64,000 bases of DNA from Spirochaetaceae bacterium (lineage in GTDB: Bacteria > Spirochaetota > Spirochaetia > DSM-27196 > SKKC01). Each line of letters begins with the position of its first letter. Within the stretch, counting starts at the first letter, position 1. The notes beneath the pieces were generated by a model. It was not told the origin of the DNA. It saw only the letters and a program-made list of their open reading frames with translations, and ran no database searches. A program made the position numbers and the translations under genes. Positions 8,247 to 20,900 of the stretch are shown piece after piece. The DNA lies in the NCBI GenBank assembly GCA_046542845.1, contig JBKHAN010000011.1, forward strand, positions 2,537 through 66,536. The letters run 5' to 3'.

Positions 8247-10406
8247 CTATCGTCGTACGGGGTCCACGAACACAGTGGTCGAGCGTGCGGGGACATGGCA
8301 GGTCGCACCGAGGAACTCAGGACGGGATCCCGCCGGAAAAATATCGTCCGGCGGGTCTGCGGCAGTATCGAGGACCCGTAGCCAGCGTCTGTTCGGTGCA
8401 GGCATCCGTACGTCCCGTTCTATGGTGGTGGCGTTAAACACGAAAAACAGATCATCCGACGCGACTCCGTCGACTTCGAGTTCGGTCCCGTCTATCAGCA
8501 CGCATAAACACCCGTCCGCGACCTGCCATTCAACCGGGCGCCCCTCCGCGTCGAGCCAGGAAACGTCTGCGAGCGTGCTTCCGCTTGTATCATATCCGTT
8601 AAAAAACTCATCCCGGAGCAGGATCGGCTGGCTTCGGCGAAACCGAATCAGTTCCGACACGAATCGCACGAGGTCGGCGTGGCGGCTCCGCAGCCGGTGA
8701 TCAATCCATGAAACCTCGTTGTCCTGACAGTATGCGTTGTTGTTGCCTCGCTGCGTGCGGCGCATTTCATCGCCGGCTGAAAGCATCGGCGTCCCCAACG
8801 ACAAAAACATCGTGACCAGCATATTACGGACCTGTCGGCTTCTGACTCGAGCGACGGCAGGGACAAGGGTTTCCCCTTCGGCTCCGTAGTTGTAACTGTG
8901 CTCCAACGAGTGTCCGTCCCGACCACCCTCGCCGTTCATCTCGTTGTGCTTGCGGGAATAACTGACAAGATCGTTCAGCGTGAAACCGTCGTGACTTGTA
9001 ATGAAATTGATGCTGTGAAACGGTTTCCGTCCACTTGCGCGATAGAGATCGGCGCTTCCGGACAACCGCGTCGCGAACGCACCCGTAAGATTAGGATCAC
9101 CCCTCCAGAAGCGCCGTACATCGTCGCGATAGCGGTCGTTCCACTCTGCCCACCGGGTTCCGGGAAAACGGCCAACCTGATAGGCACCTCCGGCATCCCA
9201 GGCTTCAGCTATGATCTTCGTGTCCCGCAGTATCGGGTCTTCGGCAATCTGTTCGAGAAGCGGAGGATTCTCCATAAGCGCGCCATGCTGGTCCCGACCG
9301 AGAATAGATGCCAGATCAAAACGAAAACCGTCGATGTGCATGTCAACAACCCAGTACCGGAGACAGTCGAGAATCAAGTTCCTGAGTACCGGAGCATTGC
9401 AGTTCAGGGTATTGCCACAACCGGAATAGTTTCGGTAAAAGCGCCGGTCATCATCGAGCTGATAGTACAGGCTGTTATCGAGTCCCCGGAAACTGAGGGT
9501 AGGACCTGTCTCGTTACCCTCTCCCGTGTGGTTGAACACGACGTCGAGAATTATCTCAATACCGGCTTTATGGAGCTCACGAACCATGTACCTGAACTCC
9601 TCGACAACTGCGCCAGGCCGGCTGTCGGAGGCGTAGCGCGTCGAAGGAGCAAAAAAGGCAATCGTGTTGTATCCCCAGTAATTCTTAAGCTGTTCACCGG
9701 TCTCAGGGTTGGAGCGCAGGTTCTCGTTCGGATCAAATTCGTGTACCGGAAGCAACTCCAGGCTCGTGATTCCGAGCTCCCTGAAGCGCGGAATCATCTC
9801 GACGACCCCCTTGTACGTACCGGGATGCTCGACCCCCGAACTCGGGTGCTGCGTGAGCCCACGAACGTGCGCTTCGTATATTACGCAGTCCTGCAAGGGG
9901 TACCGGAGGGGTTTGTCACCCTGCCAGTCGAACTGTTCGTCGACAACGATGCACTTTGGAATATCGTCAAGGTTATCCACGCGTGCCGGTTCGAGATCGC
10001 GACGCGGGGATTCGGGATCGTACCCGAGCGAGTACCCGATGGTCTCGCTCACGGTAAGCGCGCGTGCGTAGGGATCGAGCAACCCGAGGCGTGCGTTAAA
10101 ACGCTGTCCCGATTCCGGATCGTAAGGCCCCGAGGCTCGGTACAGGTAGAACGCTCCGGCATGACAGCCGTGCACACGGCAATACCATACGTCGCCGATT
10201 CTGTTGGTTTCGCGATCGAACGGGATTTCAACGTCAGGGCTCGTGTCGTCCGCGTGCTCGAAAAGCAGAAGCGACATGGCGTCCGCGTGCCGGCTCACAA
10301 CTGCAAACTGAACAGCACCCCCCACGGGAGATGCCCCGAGCGGAGCCGGCCTGCCCGGCTCGACGCGGTACCGACGCCCCGACCTCCCGACGAAACAGTC
10401 GGTCAT
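8247..10406 (-). CDS. glgX: Glycogen debranching enzyme (GH13 isoamylase type)
   Basis: VIYEAHVRGLT, DGFRFDLASILGR, IAEAWD and FITSHDGFTLNDLVSY are present. Length is 719 aa. Confidence 0.93.
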   Translation of the reverse strand: MTDCFVGRSGRRYRVEPGRPAPLGASPVGGAVQFAVVSRHADAMSLLLFEHADDTSPDVEIPFDRETNRIGDVWYCRVHGCHAGAFYLYRASGPYDPESGQRFNARLGLLDPYARALTVSETIGYSLGYDPESPRRDLEPARVDNLDDIPKCIVVDEQFDWQGDKPLRYPLQDCVIYEAHVRGLTQHPSSGVEHPGTYKGVVEMIPRFRELGITSLELLPVHEFDPNENLRSNPETGEQLKNYWGYNTIAFFAPSTRYASDSRPGAVVEEFRYMVRELHKAGIEIILDVVFNHTGEGNETGPTLSFRGLDNSLYYQLDDDRRFYRNYSGCGNTLNCNAPVLRNLILDCLRYWVVDMHIDGFRFDLASILGRDQHGALMENPPLLEQIAEDPILRDTKIIAEAWDAGGAYQVGRFPGTRWAEWNDRYRDDVRRFWRGDPNLTGAFATRLSGSADLYRASGRKPFHSINFITSHDGFTLNDLVSYSRKHNEMNGEGGRDGHSLEHSYNYGAEGETLVPAVARVRSRQVRNMLVTMFLSLGTPMLSAGDEMRRTQRGNNNAYCQDNEVSWIDHRLRSRHADLVRFVSELIRFRRSQPILLRDEFFNGYDTSGSTLADVSWLDAEGRPVEWQVADGCLCVLIDGTELEVDGVASDDLFFVFNATTIERDVRMPAPNRRWLRVLDTAADPPDDIFPAGSRPEFLGATCHVPARSTTVFVDPVRR

Positions 10407-11155
10407 GTGTTCAGAAATTCCCGTATGACCCGAATGGTTTCTTTCGGATACTCTGCGTGAACCCAGTGACCGGCTTCCGGTATGCAGTGTTCCCGCAGAT
10501 TGCGGGCAAGCGATCGCATCGCTGCTCGAGCTTCGTCGGAGGCATACTCCGACTTGCCCCCGTACACGAGCATGGCGGGTATGGTGATTTCGGCAGCCGC
10601 CGGGTAAGGCCAGTCGAGAATGTGCTCATAGTCGGTCTGTATGAGGGGAACGTTCAGTTTCCAACGCGAACTGTGGGAATCGTAGCTTTTAAGCAGGAAC
10701 GCGCGTACGCCGCGGTCGGGCACGTATTCGGACAGGATCGAATCTGCGTCGCTGCGACGATTCGGAGCGGCATCGCCGACGACCCGCATCCCTTCCAGAA
10801 TGCGCTCGTGGCTCGGTTTGTAGCGCACCGGACATATATCCACCACCAGAAGCGAACGAACGTGTTCCGGAAACTCAAGCGCCAGAGCCATGGCGATCTT
10901 ACCACCCATACTGTGTCCCACGAGGTGTACAGGCCCGAAATCTTTGAGGAAGGCGGCGACGTCCGATGCCATGGCGGGGTACTGCATCGATGTTCCGCTC
11001 GGCGAATCGCCATGGTTCGGCAGATCCGGGAGCACAACATGATAGAAACCGCTCAACTCGCGCGCGGGCGTCAGCCAGTTGTCGCCGGATCCGAACAGTC
11101 CGTGCAAAATGACCACTGTCTCCCCACTGCCCAGCTCCTGGTAATGAAGCGTCAC
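10403..11155 (-). CDS. Alpha/beta hydrolase, YbfF-like esterase
   Basis: ILHGLFGSGDNW and the GHSMGGKIA nucleophile elbow are present. The layout matches E. coli YbfF as I recall it. The stop overlaps the glgX ATG (ATGA). Confidence 0.85.
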   Translation of the reverse strand: MTLHYQELGSGETVVILHGLFGSGDNWLTPARELSGFYHVVLPDLPNHGDSPSGTSMQYPAMASDVAAFLKDFGPVHLVGHSMGGKIAMALALEFPEHVRSLLVVDICPVRYKPSHERILEGMRVVGDAAPNRRSDADSILSEYVPDRGVRAFLLKSYDSHSSRWKLNVPLIQTDYEHILDWPYPAAAEITIPAMLVYGGKSEYASDEARAAMRSLARNLREHCIPEAGHWVHAEYPKETIRVIREFLNT

Positions 11156-11191
11156 GACAAGGAACCTCCCCCGGGACCCGCGCTAATCGTA

Positions 11192-12280
11192 TTATCGCCT
11201 GCGCCGTTTACGCGAGCGGCTTTCACCGGGCCGTGCCGGCTGCGTCGCCTGTTTTTGACGGCGGATCTCTTCTTTCAGGGCCTCCGTCTCGGCAGCGTCC
11301 ACGACAACCGCTTCGCCACCTTTGTCGGCGCCGGCGTCTGCTGCAACGGCGGCTCGGGGACGGGGACTGTCGCCGGATGTTTTCGTCCTGCTTCGCTTCT
11401 GCAGTGCCAGCAGGGTCGGCGCGGCGACAAAGACAGACGAGTATGTACCGACGATAACGCCGACCAAAAGCGCGAGCGCGAAATCCTGTATGGTCCCGGT
11501 CGCGAACACGAGTATCGCGAGGACTGCGAGCAGAGTCGTCATGGACGTAATGAGCGTACGGGTAAGACTCTGGGTGATACTCGTGTTTATCACGTGCTCG
11601 AACCGTGCCCCGCGCATGACAAGCTCGTTTTCGCGAATGCGGTCAAAAATAACGATTGTATCGTTCAGGGAGTATCCGACCACGGTGAGGACTGCGGCAA
11701 CAGTCGCCGTTGAAACCTCGATCTGAAACGCACCAATGAAACCGAGAAGCACGATAACGTCGTGTATGATCGGTAGAATAGAGCTGACCGCGTATGCAAA
11801 GCGGAACCGTATCCACACGTAGAAGAGAATGAGGACAAAAGCCACCGTGGTAAGCCATACCGCCTGCTGAGCGAGGCTTGCGGAGAACTGGGGACCAACC
11901 AGGGCGGATTCTTCTTCCAGAACCGCGTCTACGCCGAAGCGTTCACGAAGCACATCGAGCAGTTCACTCTGAGCTGTCGAAGTGAACTCGGGGTCGGTAC
12001 CGTCATCTATAATGCGGATACTGAAACGCTGCTCGGCTCCATCGCCGACCGACTGTACAGCCACTCCGTCGATACCACTGAGCGCGGAACGTACGTCCTG
12101 GAGACTTGCCGCCGAGACCGACGGATCTATAGCTACCTGCTGGCGCAGTCCGGGTTGAAAGTCCACACCCAGGTTAAAGCCGCCCTGGGCGACCGTCCCG
12201 CCGATGCCGGCGAGCACAACTACAACCGAGACGACAATAAAAACGTACCGTGTCTTGAGAAAATCGATTGTTCGCGTCAT
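11192..12280 (-). CDS. secF: Protein translocase subunit SecF
   Basis: It has SecD/SecF-type membrane topology and a GLDFQPG-type periplasmic start. It sits directly after secD. Start set at ATG 12280, which overlaps the secD stop (ATGA); the track start is 12292. There is an Arg/Ala-rich C-terminal tail. Confidence 0.9.
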   Translation of the reverse strand: MTRTIDFLKTRYVFIVVSVVVVLAGIGGTVAQGGFNLGVDFQPGLRQQVAIDPSVSAASLQDVRSALSGIDGVAVQSVGDGAEQRFSIRIIDDGTDPEFTSTAQSELLDVLRERFGVDAVLEEESALVGPQFSASLAQQAVWLTTVAFVLILFYVWIRFRFAYAVSSILPIIHDVIVLLGFIGAFQIEVSTATVAAVLTVVGYSLNDTIVIFDRIRENELVMRGARFEHVINTSITQSLTRTLITSMTTLLAVLAILVFATGTIQDFALALLVGVIVGTYSSVFVAAPTLLALQKRSRTKTSGDSPRPRAAVAADAGADKGGEAVVVDAAETEALKEEIRRQKQATQPARPGESRSRKRRRR

Positions 12281-14010
12281 TTGATACCCCATCCGATGCT
12301 CAGCTTGGAGCGCCCGAGTACATCGGTCGCAAAATCATAGGCCAGTCTGGAAACGAAGAGGGCCGTGAACATCGAGCTGACGATACCAACAGCGAGCGTT
12401 ACAGCGAAACCCTGAATGGGTCCGGTTCCCAGCTGACTGAGAAAAATTGCTGCAATGAAGGTTGTAACGTTCGCGTCGAGAACAGACGACAGTGCTTTGG
12501 AGAAACCCGCAGCAACGCTCGCCTTTGCGCTCTTTCCAAGCCGGTATTCTTCTTTTATTCGCTCAAACACTATGACGTTTGCGTCAACTGCCATACCGAC
12601 GGTCAGGATAATACCTGCGATGCTCGTGAGCGTCAGCGTCAGATTAAAGACAGACAGTATTGCAAGAATGAAGAACAGGTTAAGCACCAGGATCAGGTCG
12701 GCCAGTAAACCTGCACCTTTGTAATAGAGTGCCATGAACAGCACGACCAGGCTGAACCCGAGGATGATCGCCTGCAGACCCGACTCGATCGCGTCCTCAC
12801 CGAGGGACGCGCCGACTACCTGCTGATTCTGTACTACAAGGTCTATCGGCAGGGCTGCGGTGCGAAGCACTCGGGCCAGATCGTTCGCTTCCTCGGTGCT
12901 GAAACCACCATCGATGCGGACCTGGCCGGTGGGAATCTCTTCGCGGATATTCGCGTATGCCCGCACATTCCGGTCCATGACGATCGCCATTGAGTTTCCG
13001 ACGTTATCGCGGGTGAGCCGGCGGAACAGGTTTGCTCCTTCGCCGTCGAGGACGAAGTTCACCACGGGCTGCTGTGTAATCTGGTCCCGTCCGACCTGGG
13101 CTTCCGAGATGTATGAACCGTCAAGACCAAACTCGTCGAGGTCTTCGTAAATGGCGATATAACGAACAAACTGGTCTATTCCGTACTGGTCTCGCTGCAC
13201 GTAGGGCCGGATGATGGTTCCCGCGGGAATAAAATCGGGAGTCTCGTCCTGTGCCGACGACCAATCCGGATTATCCTGGAGCCATTCGGCGAGTTCGTCC
13301 GTTGCTTCGTCGTTCACAATATGGAAATTCAGCGACCCCCGCCCTTGCAGGAAGGATTCGACCCGGCCACGATCGTCGTCTCCCGGTATTTCTATATTAA
13401 TGAGGTTTCCTTCCTGACGTCTGATCTGCGGTTCGGTGACACCAAACTGGTCAATACGATTGCGCAGAATCTCTATCGCAAGTTCCACCGCCTCGTCGAG
13501 TTCTTCCTCGTCGGGATCCCGCCCCAGGCGCTCCGACAGGCTGTCCGCATCAGCGCTCAACGTCACGCTCACTCCGCCGGACAAATCCAGACCGAGCTCG
13601 ATAATGCGGTTCCGCATCGACCGGAGACCCTGTACGTACTCGCGGTGGTAGCTTTCGATCGACTCGAAGGCGCGGGTTTCAGAGGTGAAACTGATCAGAA
13701 CCTCACGGGCCGTCCATGTCTCGGGTTGCTCGGCTTCGAGCGCACGTCGGTTGTCACGCGCGAGGTCAATGACGTACTCAAGATCCTCGGGCACCTCAGC
13801 GTCGCTGTCGGACCGAACGGCTTCTGCGAGTCCATTCAGCGCCGCCCGGGTGTTCGCCTGAGCGTACTGCTGTACCTCTATTCGGGTACTTGATGCGAGT
13901 GTCTGCTCTTCTTCGGACAATACAAAATACCACCGAATCGTCGGAGACAAAAAAACTCCGCCGACAACGACGAAGAACAGGACAATTAGAAATCTAAATC
14001 TCTTACTCAT
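12277..14010 (-). CDS. secD: Protein translocase subunit SecD
   Basis: 577 aa. It has an N-terminal TM segment, a large periplasmic domain and a C-terminal 5-TM block (LGLDLSGG, ALPIDL, IAGIILTVGMAVDANVIVFERIKEE). Confidence 0.93.
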   Translation of the reverse strand: MSKRFRFLIVLFFVVVGGVFLSPTIRWYFVLSEEEQTLASSTRIEVQQYAQANTRAALNGLAEAVRSDSDAEVPEDLEYVIDLARDNRRALEAEQPETWTAREVLISFTSETRAFESIESYHREYVQGLRSMRNRIIELGLDLSGGVSVTLSADADSLSERLGRDPDEEELDEAVELAIEILRNRIDQFGVTEPQIRRQEGNLINIEIPGDDDRGRVESFLQGRGSLNFHIVNDEATDELAEWLQDNPDWSSAQDETPDFIPAGTIIRPYVQRDQYGIDQFVRYIAIYEDLDEFGLDGSYISEAQVGRDQITQQPVVNFVLDGEGANLFRRLTRDNVGNSMAIVMDRNVRAYANIREEIPTGQVRIDGGFSTEEANDLARVLRTAALPIDLVVQNQQVVGASLGEDAIESGLQAIILGFSLVVLFMALYYKGAGLLADLILVLNLFFILAILSVFNLTLTLTSIAGIILTVGMAVDANVIVFERIKEEYRLGKSAKASVAAGFSKALSSVLDANVTTFIAAIFLSQLGTGPIQGFAVTLAVGIVSSMFTALFVSRLAYDFATDVLGRSKLSIGWGIK

Positions 14011-14052
14011 ACGTAGGTCACTCCAGACGAGCGTGAGGAATTAAACAGGTGT

Positions 14053-14076
14053 GAACGGCCCTGGAACGGGCCGTTC
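14053..14076 (-). other. Perfect 9-bp stem hairpin between yajC and secD
   Basis: GAACGGCCC-TGGAAC-GGGCCGTTC. No U-tract follows on the transcribed (minus) strand. Confidence 0.4.
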
Positions 14077-14099
14077 AGAGGACCGTCGGAACGGCGAGC

Positions 14100-14483
14100 T
14101 CAGTCCTCTTTTTCCTCTTCTTTAGAATCTGTATCTGCGTCCTTGGACGCCTTGGCCTTCGGCTTTTTCTCGAGCAGTGAACTGATCGCGGAACGCGACA
14201 TTTCCAGTTTTGTCGAGTCGTCCACCTTTACGACGACTGTGTCGTCCTTAATGCTCAGGATGGTTCCGCGAATACCACCGATCGTCGCAATGCGGTCACC
14301 CTTTTTTAATGAGTCGAGCATCTTCTGCTGTTCTTTCTGCCTCTTGTTCTGAGGACGAATGATAAGCAGATACATAATGAGGAAAACCAGTCCAAAGGTT
14401 ACCAGGGTGAACGCGAGCTGCCCACCTCCGGCGCCCGCAGGTGCTGCCTGCAGTACCGGTATACGTTGCCACATAAATTCCAT
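14100..14483 (-). CDS. yajC: Preprotein translocase subunit YajC
   Basis: A single TM segment is followed by IIRPQNKRQKEQQKMLDSLKKGDRIATIGGIRGTILSIKDDTVVVKV. The gene lies upstream of secDF. Confidence 0.9.
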   Translation of the reverse strand: MEFMWQRIPVLQAAPAGAGGGQLAFTLVTFGLVFLIMYLLIIRPQNKRQKEQQKMLDSLKKGDRIATIGGIRGTILSIKDDTVVVKVDDSTKLEMSRSAISSLLEKKPKAKASKDADTDSKEEEKED

Positions 14484-14558
14484 AAGATGATGATCCTTGA
14501 TTGGCTAAGATTCAGACACGCTACCATAAGGCCTTTTCAGGCGTCAAGTTACGTACTG

Positions 14559-14852
14559 TCAGACGAGCATGACCCGTGTGACGTTGTCCGGTACCGTTGT
14601 GACGCCAAACAGGCGCTTCAGTCGGTCTACGGTCGCGCTCTGCAGTCCCGAGACTTCCGAGAATTTTTCGCATACCAGCTGCATTTCCCCTTCGTCGCTT
14701 CCGTATAACGCGGAACAGAATGCAGCCCTGTGCAACCCTTCGCGCAGCAGCTCCTGTGTGTCAAGTCGCCCGTACTGCTTCCGGGCAGTGCGGTCAACCA
14801 TAGCGGTGCTACCCTGATACCCGATTGTAAAAACAAAGTCTTCGCGTTTCAT
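14559..14852 (-). CDS. Hypothetical small protein
   Basis: 97-aa ORF between groEL and yajC on the same strand, with balanced composition. I recognise no family. Confidence 0.45.
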   Translation of the reverse strand: MKREDFVFTIGYQGSTAMVDRTARKQYGRLDTQELLREGLHRAAFCSALYGSDEGEMQLVCEKFSEVSGLQSATVDRLKRLFGVTTVPDNVTRVMLV

Positions 14853-14902
14853 AACAATACCCGCATGGTCTTCAGTCTACCGAAACCGGGGACCTGTGGA
14901 CA

Positions 14903-14936
14903 GACAAAAAGACGCCCGGCAGTGCGTGCCGGGCGA
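14903..14936 (-). terminator. Intrinsic terminator of groEL
   Basis: The minus-strand RNA is CGCCCGGCA-CGCA-CUGCCGGGCG followed by UCUUUUUGU, about 65 nt after the groEL stop. Confidence 0.7.
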
Positions 14937-15002
14937 TCGATATGTTTCGCACCCGTGCCGGATGCGAAACAGCTCATTCTTTCCTGTGGTCTTCGAGGCA
15001 GC

Positions 15003-16731
<1,729 letters not shown>

Positions 16732-16767
16732 GTACGCTGTGTAAAATACACGGAATCGCTCAGGGAA

Positions 16768-17919
16768 TCAACATGAATTTGATGATGAATTCGCCCCGGA
16801 CACCTGTGTTTTTTCGGTCGGGAGACAAGCCGGGAGACAGACCGTAAACACGCTACCCTCCCCCTGTGTCGACTCGACCTGTATAGTACCGTTATTCGCC
16901 TGCACGTACTCTCCGACGAGCACGAGCCCGAGACCGGTTCCGCTCTCTCCCGCGGTACCCGGCCGCTGTACCTTCCGGTCAGCCCGAAACAGGTGGGGGA
17001 GGTCCTTCTCGTCAACGCCTGCTCCGGTGTCGGACACCGAGATGCACAGTCGATCCTCTTCGAGACGGGAGCGGACCGACACCCGGCCCCTCGCGGGGGT
17101 AAACTTGATCGCGTTACTCAAGAGGTTTCTGAGCACAGTCGAGATCATATCCATGTCGGCCAGCGCGACGTGCGAGCCGTCGATCTCCTGCGTAATGTCG
17201 ACATGTTTCTGTTCAGCCGAGGGGCGCAGGAGATCGACGGCTTGACGGGTCACATCCTGTATCGCGACGGGGCCAGGAACCGGTTCCACGAGCTGTTGCT
17301 GCAGCATTGCCCATTTCAGGAGGTTCTCCAGGAGTGCGACGCTCCGCTCCGCACTCGCGTGCAGCTCCGAGGCTATCTTCCGCAAGGTCTCGACGTCGAG
17401 CGTCATTGCGCTCTCCTCGAGCAGCCGCGACGCGCCGAGAAAGCCGGTGAACGGGCCACGCAGGTCGTGCGCGATAATGGAGAAAAAGCGGTCTTTCGTC
17501 GCGTTCAGCTCGGACAGCATTTCCCGCTGTTTCTTGATCACAAGATGCGCTTCAACCCGCGCGAGAACCTCATCCTGCTGGAAGGGTTTGGTAATATAGT
17601 CGACCCCACCCGCCCGGAAGCCCTCTATCTTGTCCTCGGTTGAGGCAAGTGCGCTTATAAACAGAACCGGAATATCGCTCGTGGACGGGTCTGCCTTGAG
17701 CTCGCGACATATTTCGAAGCCGCTGATTCCGGGCAGCATGACGTCCAGGAGAATCAGGTCCGGATGCTCGTTCCTGACCATCCCGACAACCTCAAGCCCG
17801 TCCTGCACGACAAGAACGCGGTAGCCCTGGGGATCAAGATGGTTATACAGGACACCAAGATTCGCCGAATTGTCGTCGACGATAAGGATACGCGACCCGC
17901 TCAGTTCATCACGATTCAA
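16768..17919 (-). CDS. Receiver (REC) + histidine kinase fusion protein
   Basis: The canonical receiver reads ILIVDDNSANL...DLILLDVMLPGISGFE...ITKPF. Kinase motifs are the H-box FFSIIAHDLRGPF, the N box LRNLLSNAIKFT, and G boxes DTGAGVDE and GTGLGLVLV. Start set at TTG 17919 (GGAGGA 5 nt upstream), overlapping the upstream gene by 11 nt. Confidence 0.85.
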   Translation of the reverse strand: MNRDELSGSRILIVDDNSANLGVLYNHLDPQGYRVLVVQDGLEVVGMVRNEHPDLILLDVMLPGISGFEICRELKADPSTSDIPVLFISALASTEDKIEGFRAGGVDYITKPFQQDEVLARVEAHLVIKKQREMLSELNATKDRFFSIIAHDLRGPFTGFLGASRLLEESAMTLDVETLRKIASELHASAERSVALLENLLKWAMLQQQLVEPVPGPVAIQDVTRQAVDLLRPSAEQKHVDITQEIDGSHVALADMDMISTVLRNLLSNAIKFTPARGRVSVRSRLEEDRLCISVSDTGAGVDEKDLPHLFRADRKVQRPGTAGESGTGLGLVLVGEYVQANNGTIQVESTQGEGSVFTVCLPACLPTEKTQVSGANSSSNSC

Positions 17920-20900
17920 ATGAGTCCTCCGGTAGAAGATCTGCAATCGCCTGCAGTTTGAAACTGCGCGCAAGGCTCGTCAATAAATCGCAGTACGGTG
18001 CGTATTCCGGTCGCTCGTGGGCAAGCTTCTCGCCGGCCTGCACAATGCCCCGGATATCACCGCGCCGCAGGGCGCGTGCGATATCCCGCGTTTCGGACCC
18101 GGTCGGGGTGACAACGGGCGGGCGATCCTGCGGCTCCGAGCCGTTCTGAGATGGTCGTCGTGTATACGCGAGGTTGAGCGCCCCGCTGACGGTCCGGAGA
18201 ACCGAGTCACGGTTGAACGGTTTCTCGATAAACCCCGCGAAGCCGGCGCGTATGCACTCCTGCCTGAAGCTGTTCGCGACACTGCCTGAACTCGCAATAA
18301 CGGGAACGTTTGTCAGCGCTTCATCGCGCTGTAACGAGCGGAACATCTCGAACCCGTCTGCCACCGGCATGACGACCTCGAGTATCACAAGATCGGGCTT
18401 GCGCTGCCGGGCGATTTCGAGGGCTTCGCGACCGTTCGACGTTGCGTCGACCGAAAAGCCAAGCGGAACAAGCAGATCGGTCAGCAGTCTGCGGTTTGAG
18501 TCGGCATTGTCGATTACGAGCACGCTTCGGGTTCGGCCCACATAGCCGGTCACGTCTGCATACATGCCTGAAGCGCCGGCGTCGGATCGCCCGGGGGCGC
18601 TTCCGGTGTAGTCCTGTAAGGGAATATCAAAGGAAATGGTAGTCCCGGTACCAACCGTACTGTCGACCGAGACTGAACCTCCGAGAAACTCGACGAGGCG
18701 TTTGACGATTGCCAGACCAAGGCCGGTCCCTTCGCCGTCGACACGCGGTTTATCACCCTGAATGAAGGGTGAAAAAACGGCCTCGAGTTCGTCCTCCGGT
18801 ATCCCGACCCCGGTGTCACTCACCTCGAAGGTAATACGCCCGGGGTCTGCGGCTCGAAGCGCGGACACGCGTACCTCACCGGAATCGGTGAACTTGATCG
18901 CGTTCGAGACGAGATTCGTCAGAATCTGCTGAAGCTTCTGTTCGTCACACACGATAATCTGCGGTAGCGCCGGGTCGAGATGCTGCTCAAGTCGTATACC
19001 CTTTCCCTCTGCAGTGAGCCGCATCATCGCAGTAAGCTCCGACAGAAGGCTGTCGACGTCTATAGCTGTATCGTGTCGTTCAATGCGGTCGGCCTCGATG
19101 CGGCTGAAGTCGAGCACGTCGTTCAGCAGCGCGAGCAGACGCTCGCCGCTTTTTTCTATGATTGAAACCGCCTCCCGGTATTCCGCCGCCAGGTTTTCGT
19201 CCCGACTGAGAAGCTGCGCATACCCGAGGATGCCATTCAGCGGCGTGCGCAGGTCGTGGCTCATATTCGCGAGAAAGCGGCTTTTCGCGCGGTTCGCAGC
19301 GTCGGCGTTCTGCGTCGCGGTCACGAGGTCGGCGTTGATAGACTGGAGTTCACGGACACTGCGTGCTATATGATCCGAGGCATCCCTGAAGTTGTTGATC
19401 AGAACCTGCGCTTCGCGGATTCCCGTTTTTGGCCAGGACACGGCAGCCTTCGATTCGAGGATTCGTGCCGGAAGCCCCGTCGTCGCTTCGCTCAGGAGCG
19501 CGAGCGAGCCGACTATTGCGACCCCGAACAGCCTCGAAAGAACAATCGTACAGAATATGAGCGCAAAAACCACCGTCAGCGCCTGAATCAGGAACCGGTT
19601 CAACCGTGCCTGATACGGGGCGAGGGGAGCGGAGAGAACGAGGTCCCATCCGGCTGCAGATGAAAGATCGCGTTGGAAGATGTAGCGCGAACTCGACCAG
19701 CGCTGCAGCGCAGGCGAATCGATCGCGTGGTCCGGCATGTGCACCATCAGATCGCCGTCGGTCGCAACGAGATGTCCGAATCGCATGTAGGACAGTGGTT
19801 CATTGCACACCATATTCGAATCTGTGCTTAGAAGCACACGATCTCCTGGACCTACGATCGTAGCATCGAGCCCCCATGGTTCGCTGATTCCGGTGAGTTG
19901 ACGGTGCACCGTGTCAAGACGCAAGGTCCCGAACACAAATGCCTCCGTTGCCGCCCCTGATCCCCACGGCATCGCGATAGAGAGACTCGGCGCGTTATTG
20001 CAGTCGTACACCACACTCGAAACTCCGAGGCCTTCGAAGTCGAAGGTTGCCGTCACGGCGTCAAAATCGTGTGCAGAGAGCACGTTGGTTTCGACTGCAT
20101 CCCCGGCCGGGTACCGTGCATGGACCCGGTACTGCGGATCGGCGATACGGAGACTTGCCACGTCGGAAAGTGAATCGCTCCCGAATCGCACGAGGTGACT
20201 CAACGACTCATGGTTGTGATCGTCCTCCGCCCATGATCGCGCCACCGCGCTTAACGTGTTTCCGACGTCCTTCATGTGCTGATTGACCGAAAGCTCCACC
20301 GCATTCCCGATGGCAACCAGTCGATCCTGGACCTCACGCTCGATTGCATCCAGCGCAACCCGTGATTGAATGGTAAAGACAAAGAGCGCCGGCACGACGA
20401 CGAACCCCGTTATGGTATAGAGCATCGCGTCCTTGATGGACACCGAAGCGCCCGAACGTGCCGATGAGCGAAGAACGCCGGGAACCGGGATAAGAGAAAC
20501 GGCAACGCCGGCGACCAATGCGTTGACAACCCCGTTCACGCCCTGCTTCAGTATCACAACCCACATCGAGTCTGGAGACAGCCGTAACAGCAGACCGTAT
20601 AGCAACAGATTGGACACAACCCCTGCCGTCAGCCAGTAGACCGCGTCGATCAGGAGCACGTTTCCGCGCCGTGCACGAAGAATCACGCCTACAAATGCGG
20701 CTTCGAGGGTAAACGTGATCAAGCCATAGGGATGCCCCCAGAGAAAAATGGTGGGTATGGCTATTATTGCCGCCGCGACGACCCCGGGAACAAGACCGTA
20801 CAGGTACACGATTATGAGCGCAGCGATACTGCCAAAGATAAGGTCAACGTTAAAGAACAGCTCAAACCTGAACAAGTTACCGGCGAATCCGGCAGCCAGG

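Noticed and set aside
8898-11713. Plus-strand ORFs of 520 aa and 460 aa (8898..10460 and 10331..11713).
   Set aside because: They are antisense to glgX, the esterase gene and secF. They are Arg/Val-rich, and the well-supported genes occupy the opposite strand.
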